A stretch of DNA of 64,000 nucleotides, from contig CBDBCZ010000019.1 of assembly GCA_965203295.1 (NCBI GenBank), positions 2,368,001-2,432,000 on the forward strand. Direction: 5' to 3'. Shown here piece after piece: positions 1 through 9,346 of the stretch (its first letter is position 1; the number at the start of each line of letters is the position of its first letter). The stretch is from Nitrospirales bacterium. Its GTDB lineage: Bacteria; Nitrospirota; Nitrospiria; Nitrospirales; UBA8639. The translations under genes and the position numbers were made by a program. Below the pieces are notes generated by a model. That model saw nothing but the letters and a program-made list of their open reading frames with translations, had not been told where the DNA came from and did no database searches.

Positions 1-417
1 GTCCACATAAGCCGGCCCAATCCCTTTCCCTGTCGTTCCAATCCGTCGAGAACCTTTGGCTTGTTCAGCAGCTTTGTCGATGGCTTTATGGTAGGGCATA
101 ATCAAATGGGCTCGCTGACTAATCAGAAAGTTCCGCCCAACTTTTATCCCTTGTTTTTGTAACGTATCCAGTTCCTCGATGAGCGCTTCAGGGTCAATCG
201 CGACCCCATTTCCGAGTACACACAGTTTGCCACGCGACAATATCCCAGACGGTATCAAATGGAACACATAGGTTCTTTTTTTGGTCACAACGGTATGACC
301 AGCATTAGACCCACCTTGAAATCGGGCGATCACATCGGCATCCCGAGCTAAGATATCAACGATCTTGCCCTTGCCTTCATCACCCCATTGGGATCCGACA
401 ACTACAAGGTTAGCCAT
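1..417 (-). CDS. purA: Adenylosuccinate synthetase, 5' part (runs off the window start)
   Basis: Manual translation from ATG at 417: [21 protein letters not shown]...[13 protein letters not shown], the PurA signature motifs. Not in the ORF track. Confidence 0.97.
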   Translation of the reverse strand, partial: MANLVVVGSQWGDEGKGKIVDILARDADVIARFQGGSNAGHTVVTKKRTYVFHLIPSGILSRGKLCVLGNGVAIDPEALIEELDTLQKQGIKVGRNFLISQRAHLIMPYHKAIDKAAEQAKGSRRIGTTGKGIGPAYVD

Positions 418-506
418 TCTTTTTCCCCGACTCGCAACGAGTTGAAAAACTCAAAAATTTCCAAGAACTCATTTTCATAAAAAAGATAGGACCTCCAAAG
501 AAGTGT

Positions 507-602
507 GCACGATGTTCAAAAGGGCCAATCCAGTTTGCCCACTGGAAGCAAAAATGCCGAGGGATACGGCCGAATAAATGGCGAACTTTTTCAACATCTT
601 GC
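507..602. repeat. Degenerate intergenic repeat with terminal inverted repeats (MITE/REP-like)
   Basis: GCACGATGTTCAAAAG at the left end and TTTTTCAACATCTTGC at the right end form an imperfect 16-bp inverted repeat. It resembles, from memory, an abundant Nitrospira intergenic repeat. Confidence 0.6.
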
Positions 603-607
603 GAGTC

Positions 608-637
608 ACAAAAAAGCTCTGCTTGGACAACGCAGAG
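608..637 (-). terminator. Rho-independent terminator-like hairpin between panB and purA
   Basis: On the minus strand GCTCTGC-9 nt loop-GCAGAGC is followed by TTTTTT. Confidence 0.6.
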
Positions 638-751
638 CTAGCGGCATGATGGTATGGTTGCCTTGACTAATTTGTCAAGAAAATTTGGAATTTATAGAAG
701 TATTTCGAATTTCATCACTGTTATTTCTCAACTGGGCTACAAGCTTACCCA

Positions 752-1540
752 TCAATGATAACTTTCGCTATCAGTGGGAAATTTTTGGCATTCAACTTCT
801 TCTTTATACCGACGGAGCGCTTGGATCGCATCGGCTTTCAGATGCGCGTAGGGTTTCACAAATTTAGGCACAAAATCATCAAACAGCCCTAGAAGATCAT
901 AGAGGACAAGGATTTGTCCATCACAGTATGGCCCGGCTCCGATGCCGATAGTCGGAACGGAAACATGTTGGGTAATGGATTTGGCTAACTCAATAGGGAC
1001 AGCTTCCAACACGAGAGAAAACACTCCCGCTGCTTCAAGCTCGCGAGAATCATCAAGCAGGGTTTGAGCCTTCTCTTCACCTTTCCCCTGGACTTTGTAC
1101 CCACCATACTGGTTGACAGATTGAGGTGTCATGCCCAAATGTCCCATCACTGGAATTCCCACCTTGGTGATCGCCTTTACCTGTTCAAGGACTGAAGCGC
1201 CTCCTTCAAGTTTCACCGCAGCCGCTCCGGCCTGGATTAATCGTCCCGCATTGCGGACCGCATCTTCAACGCCAACCTGATAGGACATAAAAGGCATATC
1301 GGCGATGATCAACGATCGTTGAGCGGCTCCAGCCACGATACTCGTGTGGTACACCATTTCGTCCATTGTCACGGACAAGGTGTTCTGCTTCCCTTGAACC
1401 ACGACTCCCAGAGAATCACCTACCAGAATGGCTTCAATACCTGCCTTCTCAACAATCCGCGTAAAGACCGCGTCGTAGGCGGTCACCACCACAAGCTTGG
1501 TTACTTTGAATTTTAACTGCTGAAATTCTGGGACCGTCAT
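752..1540 (-). CDS. panB: 3-methyl-2-oxobutanoate hydroxymethyltransferase
   Basis: Motifs TAYDA, LVGDSLG, DMPFMSY, VKLEGG and GHLGMTPQS. The ATG at 1540 overlaps the upstream TGA. Confidence 0.97.
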   Translation of the reverse strand: MTVPEFQQLKFKVTKLVVVTAYDAVFTRIVEKAGIEAILVGDSLGVVVQGKQNTLSVTMDEMVYHTSIVAGAAQRSLIIADMPFMSYQVGVEDAVRNAGRLIQAGAAAVKLEGGASVLEQVKAITKVGIPVMGHLGMTPQSVNQYGGYKVQGKGEEKAQTLLDDSRELEAAGVFSLVLEAVPIELAKSITQHVSVPTIGIGAGPYCDGQILVLYDLLGLFDDFVPKFVKPYAHLKADAIQALRRYKEEVECQKFPTDSESYH

Positions 1541-2433
1541 CAAGCAAGCCCTGCCTTCGTTAATATCTCCGGAAGCCGATCCATGGCCCTACCGGCCATG
1601 ACATGCACGCCATCACACAACGGACGGACGGCCTTGATTGTCCGAACAGCGATATCAATTCCAACATCTAACTCGAGTCCTTTACTCGTGCCTCGGAGTT
1701 CAGCAATCAGGGGCTCAGGAACGTGTATGCCAGGAATATGGGCATTCAAATATTCCACCATGTCGGCAGATCGCAGGACCAAAATCCCAGCCAATATTTT
1801 ACCACGATGGCGTCGAGCTTCTCTCATAAAGTCGCGAAACACGTCTGAGCAAAACACCGCTTGGGTTTGGAAAAAGCCGGCACCGGCTTGAACTTTGGCG
1901 TTGAGCTTTTGATGCACGATATCTATCTTATCGGCGCCAGGAGCGACTGCCCCTCCGATAAAAAAATTTGTGTTCCCTTTTAGAGGATTTCCAACCAAAT
2001 CCTTCCCTTGGTTCAATGACCGAGCGGTGTTCATAATCTGAACCGAGTCCAGATCATAGACAGGTTTGGCATCCTTATGATCCCCCACGGTTGGAGGATC
2101 TCCAGCTAGACAGAGCACATTGCGAATTCCCAACAGATGAGCTCCTAGCAAATCGGATTGGATTCCGATTCGATTTCGATCACGACTGGTGACTTGCATG
2201 ATCGGATCATGACCTTGCTCATAGAGAAGACGGCACACACTGATAGAACCCGCTCGCATGACGGCTGCGGTGTTATCCGTGACATTGACACCATGCACAT
2301 TCCCCAACAGCCCCTTGGTGGCTTCTAGCATAGCCGTGACATCTGTCCCCTTTGGAGGGTTGCACTCAATCGTGACCCCAAACACCCCTTTCTCTAACAC
2401 CGCTTGGAAACGTGAACCTCCATTCGTCATCAT
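1540..2433 (-). CDS. metF: Methylenetetrahydrofolate reductase (MetF family)
   Basis: Motifs ECNPPKG, NVTDN, SRDRNRIGIQSDLLGA, AGDPP and FFQTQ. The start is placed at ATG 2433, overlapping the folD stop. Confidence 0.88.
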   Translation of the reverse strand: MMTNGGSRFQAVLEKGVFGVTIECNPPKGTDVTAMLEATKGLLGNVHGVNVTDNTAAVMRAGSISVCRLLYEQGHDPIMQVTSRDRNRIGIQSDLLGAHLLGIRNVLCLAGDPPTVGDHKDAKPVYDLDSVQIMNTARSLNQGKDLVGNPLKGNTNFFIGGAVAPGADKIDIVHQKLNAKVQAGAGFFQTQAVFCSDVFRDFMREARRHRGKILAGILVLRSADMVEYLNAHIPGIHVPEPLIAELRGTSKGLELDVGIDIAVRTIKAVRPLCDGVHVMAGRAMDRLPEILTKAGLA

Positions 2434-3287
2434 GTGCCTACTGTTCGTATCGCAGCTTCGAGCGTGTTCCCCAACAACATCGCGATCGTCATCGGCCCTA
2501 CACCACCAGGAACGGGCGATACCCAACCAGCTATTTCTTTCACAGGATCAAAGTCCACATCTCCCACTAACCGACCGTCCCCTAACCTGTTGATTCCAAC
2601 GTCCACGACAATAGCCCCCTTCTTCACCATCTTATCCGTCACAAACTGGGCTTTCCCGATTGCGGCAACCAGGATATCAGCCTCTCGACAGACAGCGTCT
2701 AAGTTTTGAGTTCGTGAGTGGCAAATGGTCACCGTCGCATGGCGGTGCATCAACAACAGGGCAACAGGCTTCCCGACAATATTGCTGCGTCCAAGCACGA
2801 CAGCCCGCTTGCCTTCAATCGTCTGACCGGTCGATTCGATCATTTTGATAACACCCTTAGGAGTACAGGGAGTAAAGACCGGATCTCCTTCTACCAAACG
2901 ACCCATATTATAGGGATGAAATCCATCAGCATCTTTCAGAGGAGAAACCGCATCTAAGATCACCTTGCTTTGTATTTGAGGGGGAAGAGGCAATTGAACC
3001 AAAATGCCATGGATCTTGGGATCTGAGTTAATTTTTTCAATGAGGCGAAGGAGTTCGATTTGACTGGTTGAAGCCGGGAGAATATGGTCATCCACATAGA
3101 ATCCGGCAGCATCACATGCCCGCTTCTTATTTCTCACATAAATGGCTGAGGCGGGGTCATCACCAACGAGGCAAACCGCCAAACCTGGCCTTACCCGGTG
3201 GTGACGATGGAGTTCCTCGGCTTCTTGAGCAATGGTCTCACGAAAATGTTGTGCAAGACCCTTCCCATCAATGATCTCGGCTGCCAC
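2430..3287 (-). CDS. folD: Bifunctional methylene-THF dehydrogenase/cyclohydrolase
   Basis: Motifs IIDGK, YVRNK, GILVQLPLP, PCTPKG, GRSNIVGKP and PVPGGVGPMT. Probable GTG start at 3287. Confidence 0.98.
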   Translation of the reverse strand: MAAEIIDGKGLAQHFRETIAQEAEELHRHHRVRPGLAVCLVGDDPASAIYVRNKKRACDAAGFYVDDHILPASTSQIELLRLIEKINSDPKIHGILVQLPLPPQIQSKVILDAVSPLKDADGFHPYNMGRLVEGDPVFTPCTPKGVIKMIESTGQTIEGKRAVVLGRSNIVGKPVALLLMHRHATVTICHSRTQNLDAVCREADILVAAIGKAQFVTDKMVKKGAIVVDVGINRLGDGRLVGDVDFDPVKEIAGWVSPVPGGVGPMTIAMLLGNTLEAAIRTVGT

Positions 3288-3394
3288 GCCTTCTCTCCTA
3301 TCCAAGCCACAAAACCGTACTTCCCTTTAAAGGAAAGTCACGATAGCAAGGCCCCCAAATTTAAGTCAACGATCGGACAGGCTGAAGCTCTTTC

Positions 3395-3424
3395 TTGACA
3401 GGCTGAAAATTGCTCCCGTATCAT
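3395..3424 (+). promoter_or_regulatory. Putative sigma70 promoter for the 3484 gene pair
   Basis: TTGACA-18 nt-TATCAT, about 60 nt upstream of ATG 3484. Confidence 0.5.
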
Positions 3425-3483
3425 GAAGACTTATTGGCAACGACCCTTTCCCACTCCACATCTGGCCTGACATTCATACAATC

Positions 3484-4479
3484 ATGAGACAATCGAGAAG
3501 AGAATGCGTTCGGCCTAAAAAGAGAGTGGTTGCCTTCGTTTCAGCCCTGCTTCTTTTCGTCATTTTTAGGGTTCCTCCTTGTTCGTTGGCTCATCCCATC
3601 GTTGATTTACAATCCCCCCAAAGTTTTATTGTCGATCCTTCTACTCGAGGGTATTTTATTGCCAATGCCAATGGTGAACCGGGTGACCGAGACAACAACG
3701 GGTACATTTCAAAGCTTGATGCAGAAGGGGAAGTCACGGACGCTCACTTCATCCAAGGGGGAAAAGACGGAGCGGTCCTGCACTCGCCTTATGGCATGAC
3801 CATCGTTAAAGGCACGCTATACGTGGCTGATTTGGAGACCGTGAAAGGATTCCACACCAAATCTGGAAAATCCGTGGTGACCGTGTCCTTGGCAAGGCAT
3901 GGAGTAACAGAGCTTTCCGGACTGACGTCAGACTCACACGGGGTCCTGTACGTGGCTGATACGGAAGGAAATACCATCTACCGCATCTCTCCACAAGAAG
4001 ATTTTTCCGTATCTGAATTTGTTCACAAGGACCAACTCGCCGGTCCCCATGGGTTAGCCATTCATCCAAGATCCGGACATCTCATCGTGGCTTCCCTGAA
4101 CGATGGAACGGTCCTTGAAGTCGCGCCTAAAGGTTCCATTCGAGAGATTGTGTCAAATGGATTTTTTACTGCGCGTTTTCACAACCTTAGTGGAGTCGAT
4201 TTTGATAAATATGGAAATATGTATGTCTCGGATATCACGGCGGGCAAGGTTTGGCGAATTCAAGCAGATTTCAGAATGGATGTGATTGCCGAATTTCTTA
4301 TTTCCCCCTCCAGCCTTTCCGTTGACCGAACCAAACATCTCATTCTGATCCCCTACTTGTATGCGAATGGGGCGGAGATGAATGGTCTCGAACGTCCTTC
4401 CAATGTGAAGGGAGAAAAGAGAAAACGGACGCTGGCAGATTACGGATTGGAAGGATTGGAAGATAAGTCTAAAAAATGA
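3484..4479 (+). CDS. Secreted beta-propeller protein (SMP-30/gluconolactonase/NHL-like)
   Basis: Hydrophobic N-terminal signal plus repeated blade motifs (SPYGMTIVKGTLYVAD, GVLYVADT, GPHGLAI, GNMYVSD). Confidence 0.75.
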   Translation: MRQSRRECVRPKKRVVAFVSALLLFVIFRVPPCSLAHPIVDLQSPQSFIVDPSTRGYFIANANGEPGDRDNNGYISKLDAEGEVTDAHFIQGGKDGAVLHSPYGMTIVKGTLYVADLETVKGFHTKSGKSVVTVSLARHGVTELSGLTSDSHGVLYVADTEGNTIYRISPQEDFSVSEFVHKDQLAGPHGLAIHPRSGHLIVASLNDGTVLEVAPKGSIREIVSNGFFTARFHNLSGVDFDKYGNMYVSDITAGKVWRIQADFRMDVIAEFLISPSSLSVDRTKHLILIPYLYANGAEMNGLERPSNVKGEKRKRTLADYGLEGLEDKSKK

Positions 4480-5120
4480 GTAAATGCGTCTTTTGTCAAA
4501 ATCGAAAAGGGAAACGTTCCTGCCCGGCACTCCAGGGTTTTATTTGTAGTCAATGCTGCGGGGAACACCGGCTGGGCGACATTGCATGCCATTCAGATTG
4601 TTCGTATCTTGATACAAATGTGGAATATCAACAGAAAAGAGTCGGGGATCGGTTTGAGCAAGATCGAAATGCGCTATACAGAGAATTGCTGGAGTTAGGG
4701 GGAGATAAGGCGGCAAAAATCTTTTATCTCTTAGAAGCGACGATTTTTAAACATTTTCACAACAGACAGGAGGGACAGGACGGAGAAGTCATCGGAGCCA
4801 TTCAATCACTTCGACGGTCCTTTAGTCCCATCCATGTCCACGAAGTCGCCCCTCCCGCGTTTACCGAAGTGCTCAAAAAAGAATATAAGGCCTTCATGGA
4901 AGGAAAAAAGGTCGATTCACAAACCTTGATAGAAATCCTCGACAGAGGTTTAGCCTTTATCAATCAATTTTCTGGGGGAGGGCTCCGATCCAATCTTTTC
5001 TTGAGTGGTTTGATCGGGTATTTAAAAAGCCGACACCCAGAGGTTGCCCAACAATTGGCGAATTTGGGTGGATCAAGTGGTCGAATTATTCTACCGACCT
5101 GCACCAAGCTTGAGAGCTAA
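4476..5120 (+). CDS. Hypothetical protein with an 8-Cys N-terminal metal-binding domain
   Basis: N-terminus CVFC..CP..ICSQCC..C..C. ATGA overlap with the upstream gene. Confidence 0.75.
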   Translation: MSKCVFCQNRKGKRSCPALQGFICSQCCGEHRLGDIACHSDCSYLDTNVEYQQKRVGDRFEQDRNALYRELLELGGDKAAKIFYLLEATIFKHFHNRQEGQDGEVIGAIQSLRRSFSPIHVHEVAPPAFTEVLKKEYKAFMEGKKVDSQTLIEILDRGLAFINQFSGGGLRSNLFLSGLIGYLKSRHPEVAQQLANLGGSSGRIILPTCTKLES

Positions 5121-5162
5121 CCGTTCCTTTCATCGACTCCTGAAAACGCCTCTCCCCTCTTT

Positions 5163-5777
5163 TCACTCTTCAATAATGTCAATCGTAATCTCGATGCGGT
5201 CAACAGGCATGTCACGACGATTTCGTGCCTGTTTCACAATCTGATTGGCCACTTCAATTCCTTTGATGACTTCCCCAAACACCGTGTACTGACCATCTAA
5301 GTGAGGAGCTTTTCCCACCATGACGAAAAATTGGGATCCTGCACTGTTGGGATCGGCCGTCCTGGCAGCTGACAGAATTCCCCTTTCATGTCGTATACTG
5401 TTAAACTCCGCTGGCAGTGTATAGCCTGGACCACCCATTCCATAGTCACTGACCTTGTTAGGATCCTTCGTGTTGGGATCACCGCCTTGGATCATAAAAC
5501 CCGGAATGACTCGGTGAAAAATTGTTCCATTGTAAAAGCCAGATTTCGCAAGCTTTACAAAGCTCTCAACATGTTTAGGAGCCAACTCTGGAAACAACAC
5601 AATCTCCATCTCGCCAAATTTCGTCTTTAATATCGCTCGTGGAGCATTTGCTTCTTCATCAGCAACTAAAGTCATTGAAGGGGTTTCGGCCCATCCAGAG
5701 GCAACACCGCCACTCCACAACATCACACATGCCACAATGAGCCCTACCCGACCGTCTACCCACCAGTTCCTCAGCAT
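5163..5777 (-). CDS. Cyclophilin-type peptidyl-prolyl isomerase with signal peptide
   Basis: Motifs FHRVIPGFMIQGGDP, SAGSQFF and HLDGQYTVFG. RBS GGAGG upstream. Confidence 0.95.
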   Translation of the reverse strand: MLRNWWVDGRVGLIVACVMLWSGGVASGWAETPSMTLVADEEANAPRAILKTKFGEMEIVLFPELAPKHVESFVKLAKSGFYNGTIFHRVIPGFMIQGGDPNTKDPNKVSDYGMGGPGYTLPAEFNSIRHERGILSAARTADPNSAGSQFFVMVGKAPHLDGQYTVFGEVIKGIEVANQIVKQARNRRDMPVDRIEITIDIIEE

Positions 5778-5829
5778 AACGAGGCCTCCTTCATCCTAAT
5801 AATGTGAACGAACCCTTAATAATCATATT

Positions 5830-6528
5830 TTACCCGATCAACTGGCTAAATGCTTGTTGAGCGGCATTTTGTTCAGCTTCTTTCTTCGTTTTCCCAACCC
5901 CTTGTCCCAATATTTTATCATGAATTCTGACCTGGACTTCAAATTGTTTTTGATGATCGGGGCCAGACTCTTGGAGAAGGCTATAGGTTGGGAGCATATC
6001 AAATTGCTTCTGACAGTATTCTTGAAGGTGGCTCTTATGATCCCGCATATAGGCAGGAAAAATTGCAGACTGTATCAAGTCAATCTCTTTCCCTAGAACC
6101 TGAAGAATAAAGGCTTTAGCCGAATCCAATCCCCCATCAAGGTAAATGGCTCCCATCACAGCCTCTAGCGCATTCCCAAGGATGGAACTTTTTACTCGTC
6201 CGTGCGTGACCTCCTCTCCACGACCCAATCGTAGCAGGTCACCTAAGCCTAAACGTCGAGCCGCCTGGGCCAATGAAGCCCGGCTGACCAAACGAGCCCT
6301 GACTTTCGACAACTCACCTTCAGTGGAAGAGGGATACTTGGAAGCCAGAAAATCGCTGATGACCAAAGACAAAACTGCGTCTCCTAGGAATTCCAACCGC
6401 TCGTTATGATTGGATTGAACAGACGGCTTACCTTGAAGATGGGATTTATGAGTCAGGGCTTCGTCAAGTAATTCAGGGCGTCGAAATACATATCCAAGCT
6501 GGTTTTCGGTCTCGGAAGAAATGGACAT
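5830..6528 (-). CDS. rnc: Ribonuclease III
   Basis: NERLEFLGDAVL signature and a C-terminal dsRNA-binding domain. Confidence 0.98.
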   Translation of the reverse strand: MSISSETENQLGYVFRRPELLDEALTHKSHLQGKPSVQSNHNERLEFLGDAVLSLVISDFLASKYPSSTEGELSKVRARLVSRASLAQAARRLGLGDLLRLGRGEEVTHGRVKSSILGNALEAVMGAIYLDGGLDSAKAFILQVLGKEIDLIQSAIFPAYMRDHKSHLQEYCQKQFDMLPTYSLLQESGPDHQKQFEVQVRIHDKILGQGVGKTKKEAEQNAAQQAFSQLIG

Positions 6529-6599
6529 CTTCGCCGCTCACAGTTTAACCACAAGCTCCTTAATCGAGAAAAGTCTCCCGATCCATGGACCCCCTACCT

Positions 6600-7850
6600 T
6601 TACGACTCCATACGTTTCATGACCAGACAGGCATTCACCCCTCCAAATCCAAAAGCATTGGAGATGGCGACGGAGATGGAGGCTTTCCGTGCTTCGCCTA
6701 AGACATAATCGAGGTCACATTCTGGATCTTGGTTTTCGATATTGATGGTAGGAGGCAATATGGCGTGGTATAACGCCAGGGTTGTAAAAACCGCTTCCAC
6801 CCCTCCTGCCGCACCAAGAAGGTGCCCAATCATTGATTTCGTGGAACTGACTGGAAGCTGATAGGCATATTCACCAAACACCTGCTTGATGGCCCTTGTT
6901 TCAATTGTATCAGCAAAAGTCGATGTCGCATGCGCATTGATGTATCCGACTGTATCCTTGGAAATCCCAGCATCCTGAATGGCTTTTTCCAAGCAAACCA
7001 CCGTACCCGCGCCATCATCAGGAGGGGCGGTGATATGGTAGGCATCGCTGGTCATCGCGTAACCAACCATTTCCGCATAGATCCGTGCGCCTCGCTCGCG
7101 TGCTCGTTCATATTCTTCCAACAGGAGAACCCCTGCTCCCTCTCCAATCACGAACCCATCACGGTCTTTATCAAAGGGACGGCTCGCATGTTGTGGATCA
7201 TCATTTCGCCGTGACAATGCCTTGGCAGAAGCAAACCCTGCAACGGTGAGAGGGGAAATCGTCGACTCAGATCCTCCTGCGAACATCACATCGGCCTCTC
7301 CTCGCTGAATGAGGCGAAAAGCATCTCCAATACAATTATTACCTGTAGCGCACGCAGTCACCGCGCACGAATTAGGCCCCCGGGCTCCAAAACGAATGGC
7401 CACTTGGCCGGAAGCCAAATTAATAATGGTCATAGGAATAAAAAACGGAGTGACACGGCTCGGCCCTTTTTCTTGAAGGACGGTAAAATTATGCTCGATA
7501 GCCGGAAGTCCTCCTATGCCGGCACCAATATACACTCCAACCCGGTCCGCCATATCCGGAGTAATCTTCAATCCCGAATCGTCTATCGCTTCTTGGCTTG
7601 CCGCTACTGCATAATGGATGAAAGAATCCATTTTTTTGATTTCTTTCTTCTCAATATAGTCGGCTGGATTGAAATCCTTGACCTCAGCAGCAATCCGAAC
7701 AGGGTAATTCGAAGCATCAAATCGTGTAATCGGCCCTATGCCGGATTTTCCGGCACAGATACCGGTCCACGTTTTGGCCACCCCAACACCTAAGGGGGAA
7801 ACCAACCCCAACCCGGTAATCACCACCCGTCGTTTTTCTTGATTATTCAT
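6600..7850 (-). CDS. fabF: Beta-ketoacyl-ACP synthase II
   Basis: Motifs RRVVITGLG, TACATG, INAHATST, KSMIGHLLGAAG and NAFGFGG. Confidence 0.98.
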   Translation of the reverse strand: MNNQEKRRVVITGLGLVSPLGVGVAKTWTGICAGKSGIGPITRFDASNYPVRIAAEVKDFNPADYIEKKEIKKMDSFIHYAVAASQEAIDDSGLKITPDMADRVGVYIGAGIGGLPAIEHNFTVLQEKGPSRVTPFFIPMTIINLASGQVAIRFGARGPNSCAVTACATGNNCIGDAFRLIQRGEADVMFAGGSESTISPLTVAGFASAKALSRRNDDPQHASRPFDKDRDGFVIGEGAGVLLLEEYERARERGARIYAEMVGYAMTSDAYHITAPPDDGAGTVVCLEKAIQDAGISKDTVGYINAHATSTFADTIETRAIKQVFGEYAYQLPVSSTKSMIGHLLGAAGGVEAVFTTLALYHAILPPTINIENQDPECDLDYVLGEARKASISVAISNAFGFGGVNACLVMKRMES

Positions 7851-8074
7851 GGAGGAAGGCCTGTTTTATTGATAAACGCCAACTGACAAAAGATTCAACG
7901 GACCTGAACCGTGACGTTCAGACTCACAAACCTAGGCAGATCTATAAAAGAATGATCACGAGACGTTCTATGCAATATTAGTAAACCCAAGGCGAGAAAA
8001 ACGCGATGTCAACTTAATCCAAGGGAACCTTTTGTCATGTCTGCTTAATAAACGTCACATCTTTGGTCATCACT

Positions 8075-8305
8075 TCACGTCTTCTCTTTTATGTAATCGA
8101 TAGCCTGAACGACTTTCTGTATTTTCTCTGCATCATCGTCAGGAATCTCAATGTCAAACTCTTCTTCTAAAGCCATCACCAATTCTACGGTATCTAATGA
8201 GTCAGCTCCCAGGTCTTCTACAAACGATGCCTCGGGAACTACTTCCTCTTCTTCAACTCCCAACTGCTCGGCAATAATTTTTTTAATTCGTTCATCAACT
8301 GCCAT
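8075..8305 (-). CDS. acpP: Acyl carrier protein
   Basis: [23 protein letters not shown] 8305 follows an AGGAGG RBS. Confidence 0.98.
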   Translation of the reverse strand: MAVDERIKKIIAEQLGVEEEEVVPEASFVEDLGADSLDTVELVMALEEEFDIEIPDDDAEKIQKVVQAIDYIKEKT

Positions 8306-8564
8306 ATGTTTTCCTACCTCCTCTTTGTGAAAACTTCTCACTAACCATGCCTTTCTGACTCTTCATGGTTGTTAAAAAATCCGACAGCCGTGTTCCTCTT
8401 GCTCACAGAACTTAATCTATCCCTCACATACCTCTGCTTTCCGACAACCTTGCCCATGCAATCATTTTTGCACAGCTTACATCATAAAGATCAGCAGGCA
8501 TCTATTGTTCCAGACTCACAATGAGGGAGAATTTGAATGATCCAACAGCCATCCGCCATTTCAC

Positions 8565-9308
8565 TTACCCCATATGCATACCCCCATTGACATGCAAAAC
8601 CTGGCCAGTCATATATCCAGCACCATCCGAGACCAGAAAACGAACCGCTTCCGCAACATGCTCAGGCTGCCCTAATCTTCCAAGAGGAATCTGCTTGAGC
8701 AAAACATCTTTTATTTCTTGATTCAAGCCCTGCGTCATGGCCGTGTCGATAAATCCTGGAGCCACGGCATTCACGGTAATGTTTCGGCTGGCATATTCTC
8801 TCGCAACCGTTTTGGTAAATCCAATCACAGCCGCCTTTGACGCCGCATAATTGGCCTGACCAGCATTCCCCATGACTCCGACAACTGAAGCCATATTGAC
8901 GATTCGACCATATCGTTGTTTCGACATAGGACCAAGGACGGCTTTCGTGCAATGAAAGGTTCCTGTGACATTCACTCGTAAAACCAGATCCCAATCTTCC
9001 TCTTTCATCCGAACGAGCAAGCCGTCTCTGGTGATCCCCGCGTTATTCACCAATATATCAATACGTCCCCAATCTTTGAGGACTTGGTCGGCCATGGTTT
9101 TCACATCATTCCAATTTCCTACGTTGGCTGCAAGAGCCATAGTCTCCTGTCCTTTTTTCTGAACAAGTTCAACTGTCCCTTGACATCGTTCTTTATCCAA
9201 ATCAACCACGGCCACCTTGGCCCCATACTCAGCTAAACAGACCGCAATGACTTGACCGATCCCCTGTGCCGCGCCTGTGACAATTCCGACTTTTCCTTCA
9301 AGTGACAT
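8565..9308 (-). CDS. fabG: 3-oxoacyl-ACP reductase
   Basis: Motifs TGAAQGIG, NNAGITRD, GQANYAASK and PGFIDT, in fab cluster context. Confidence 0.97.
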   Translation of the reverse strand: MSLEGKVGIVTGAAQGIGQVIAVCLAEYGAKVAVVDLDKERCQGTVELVQKKGQETMALAANVGNWNDVKTMADQVLKDWGRIDILVNNAGITRDGLLVRMKEEDWDLVLRVNVTGTFHCTKAVLGPMSKQRYGRIVNMASVVGVMGNAGQANYAASKAAVIGFTKTVAREYASRNITVNAVAPGFIDTAMTQGLNQEIKDVLLKQIPLGRLGQPEHVAEAVRFLVSDGAGYMTGQVLHVNGGMHMG

Positions 9309-9346
9309 CTGCTGCTCTCACCTTGTTGTTGTTTAAAAAAGAGCCA

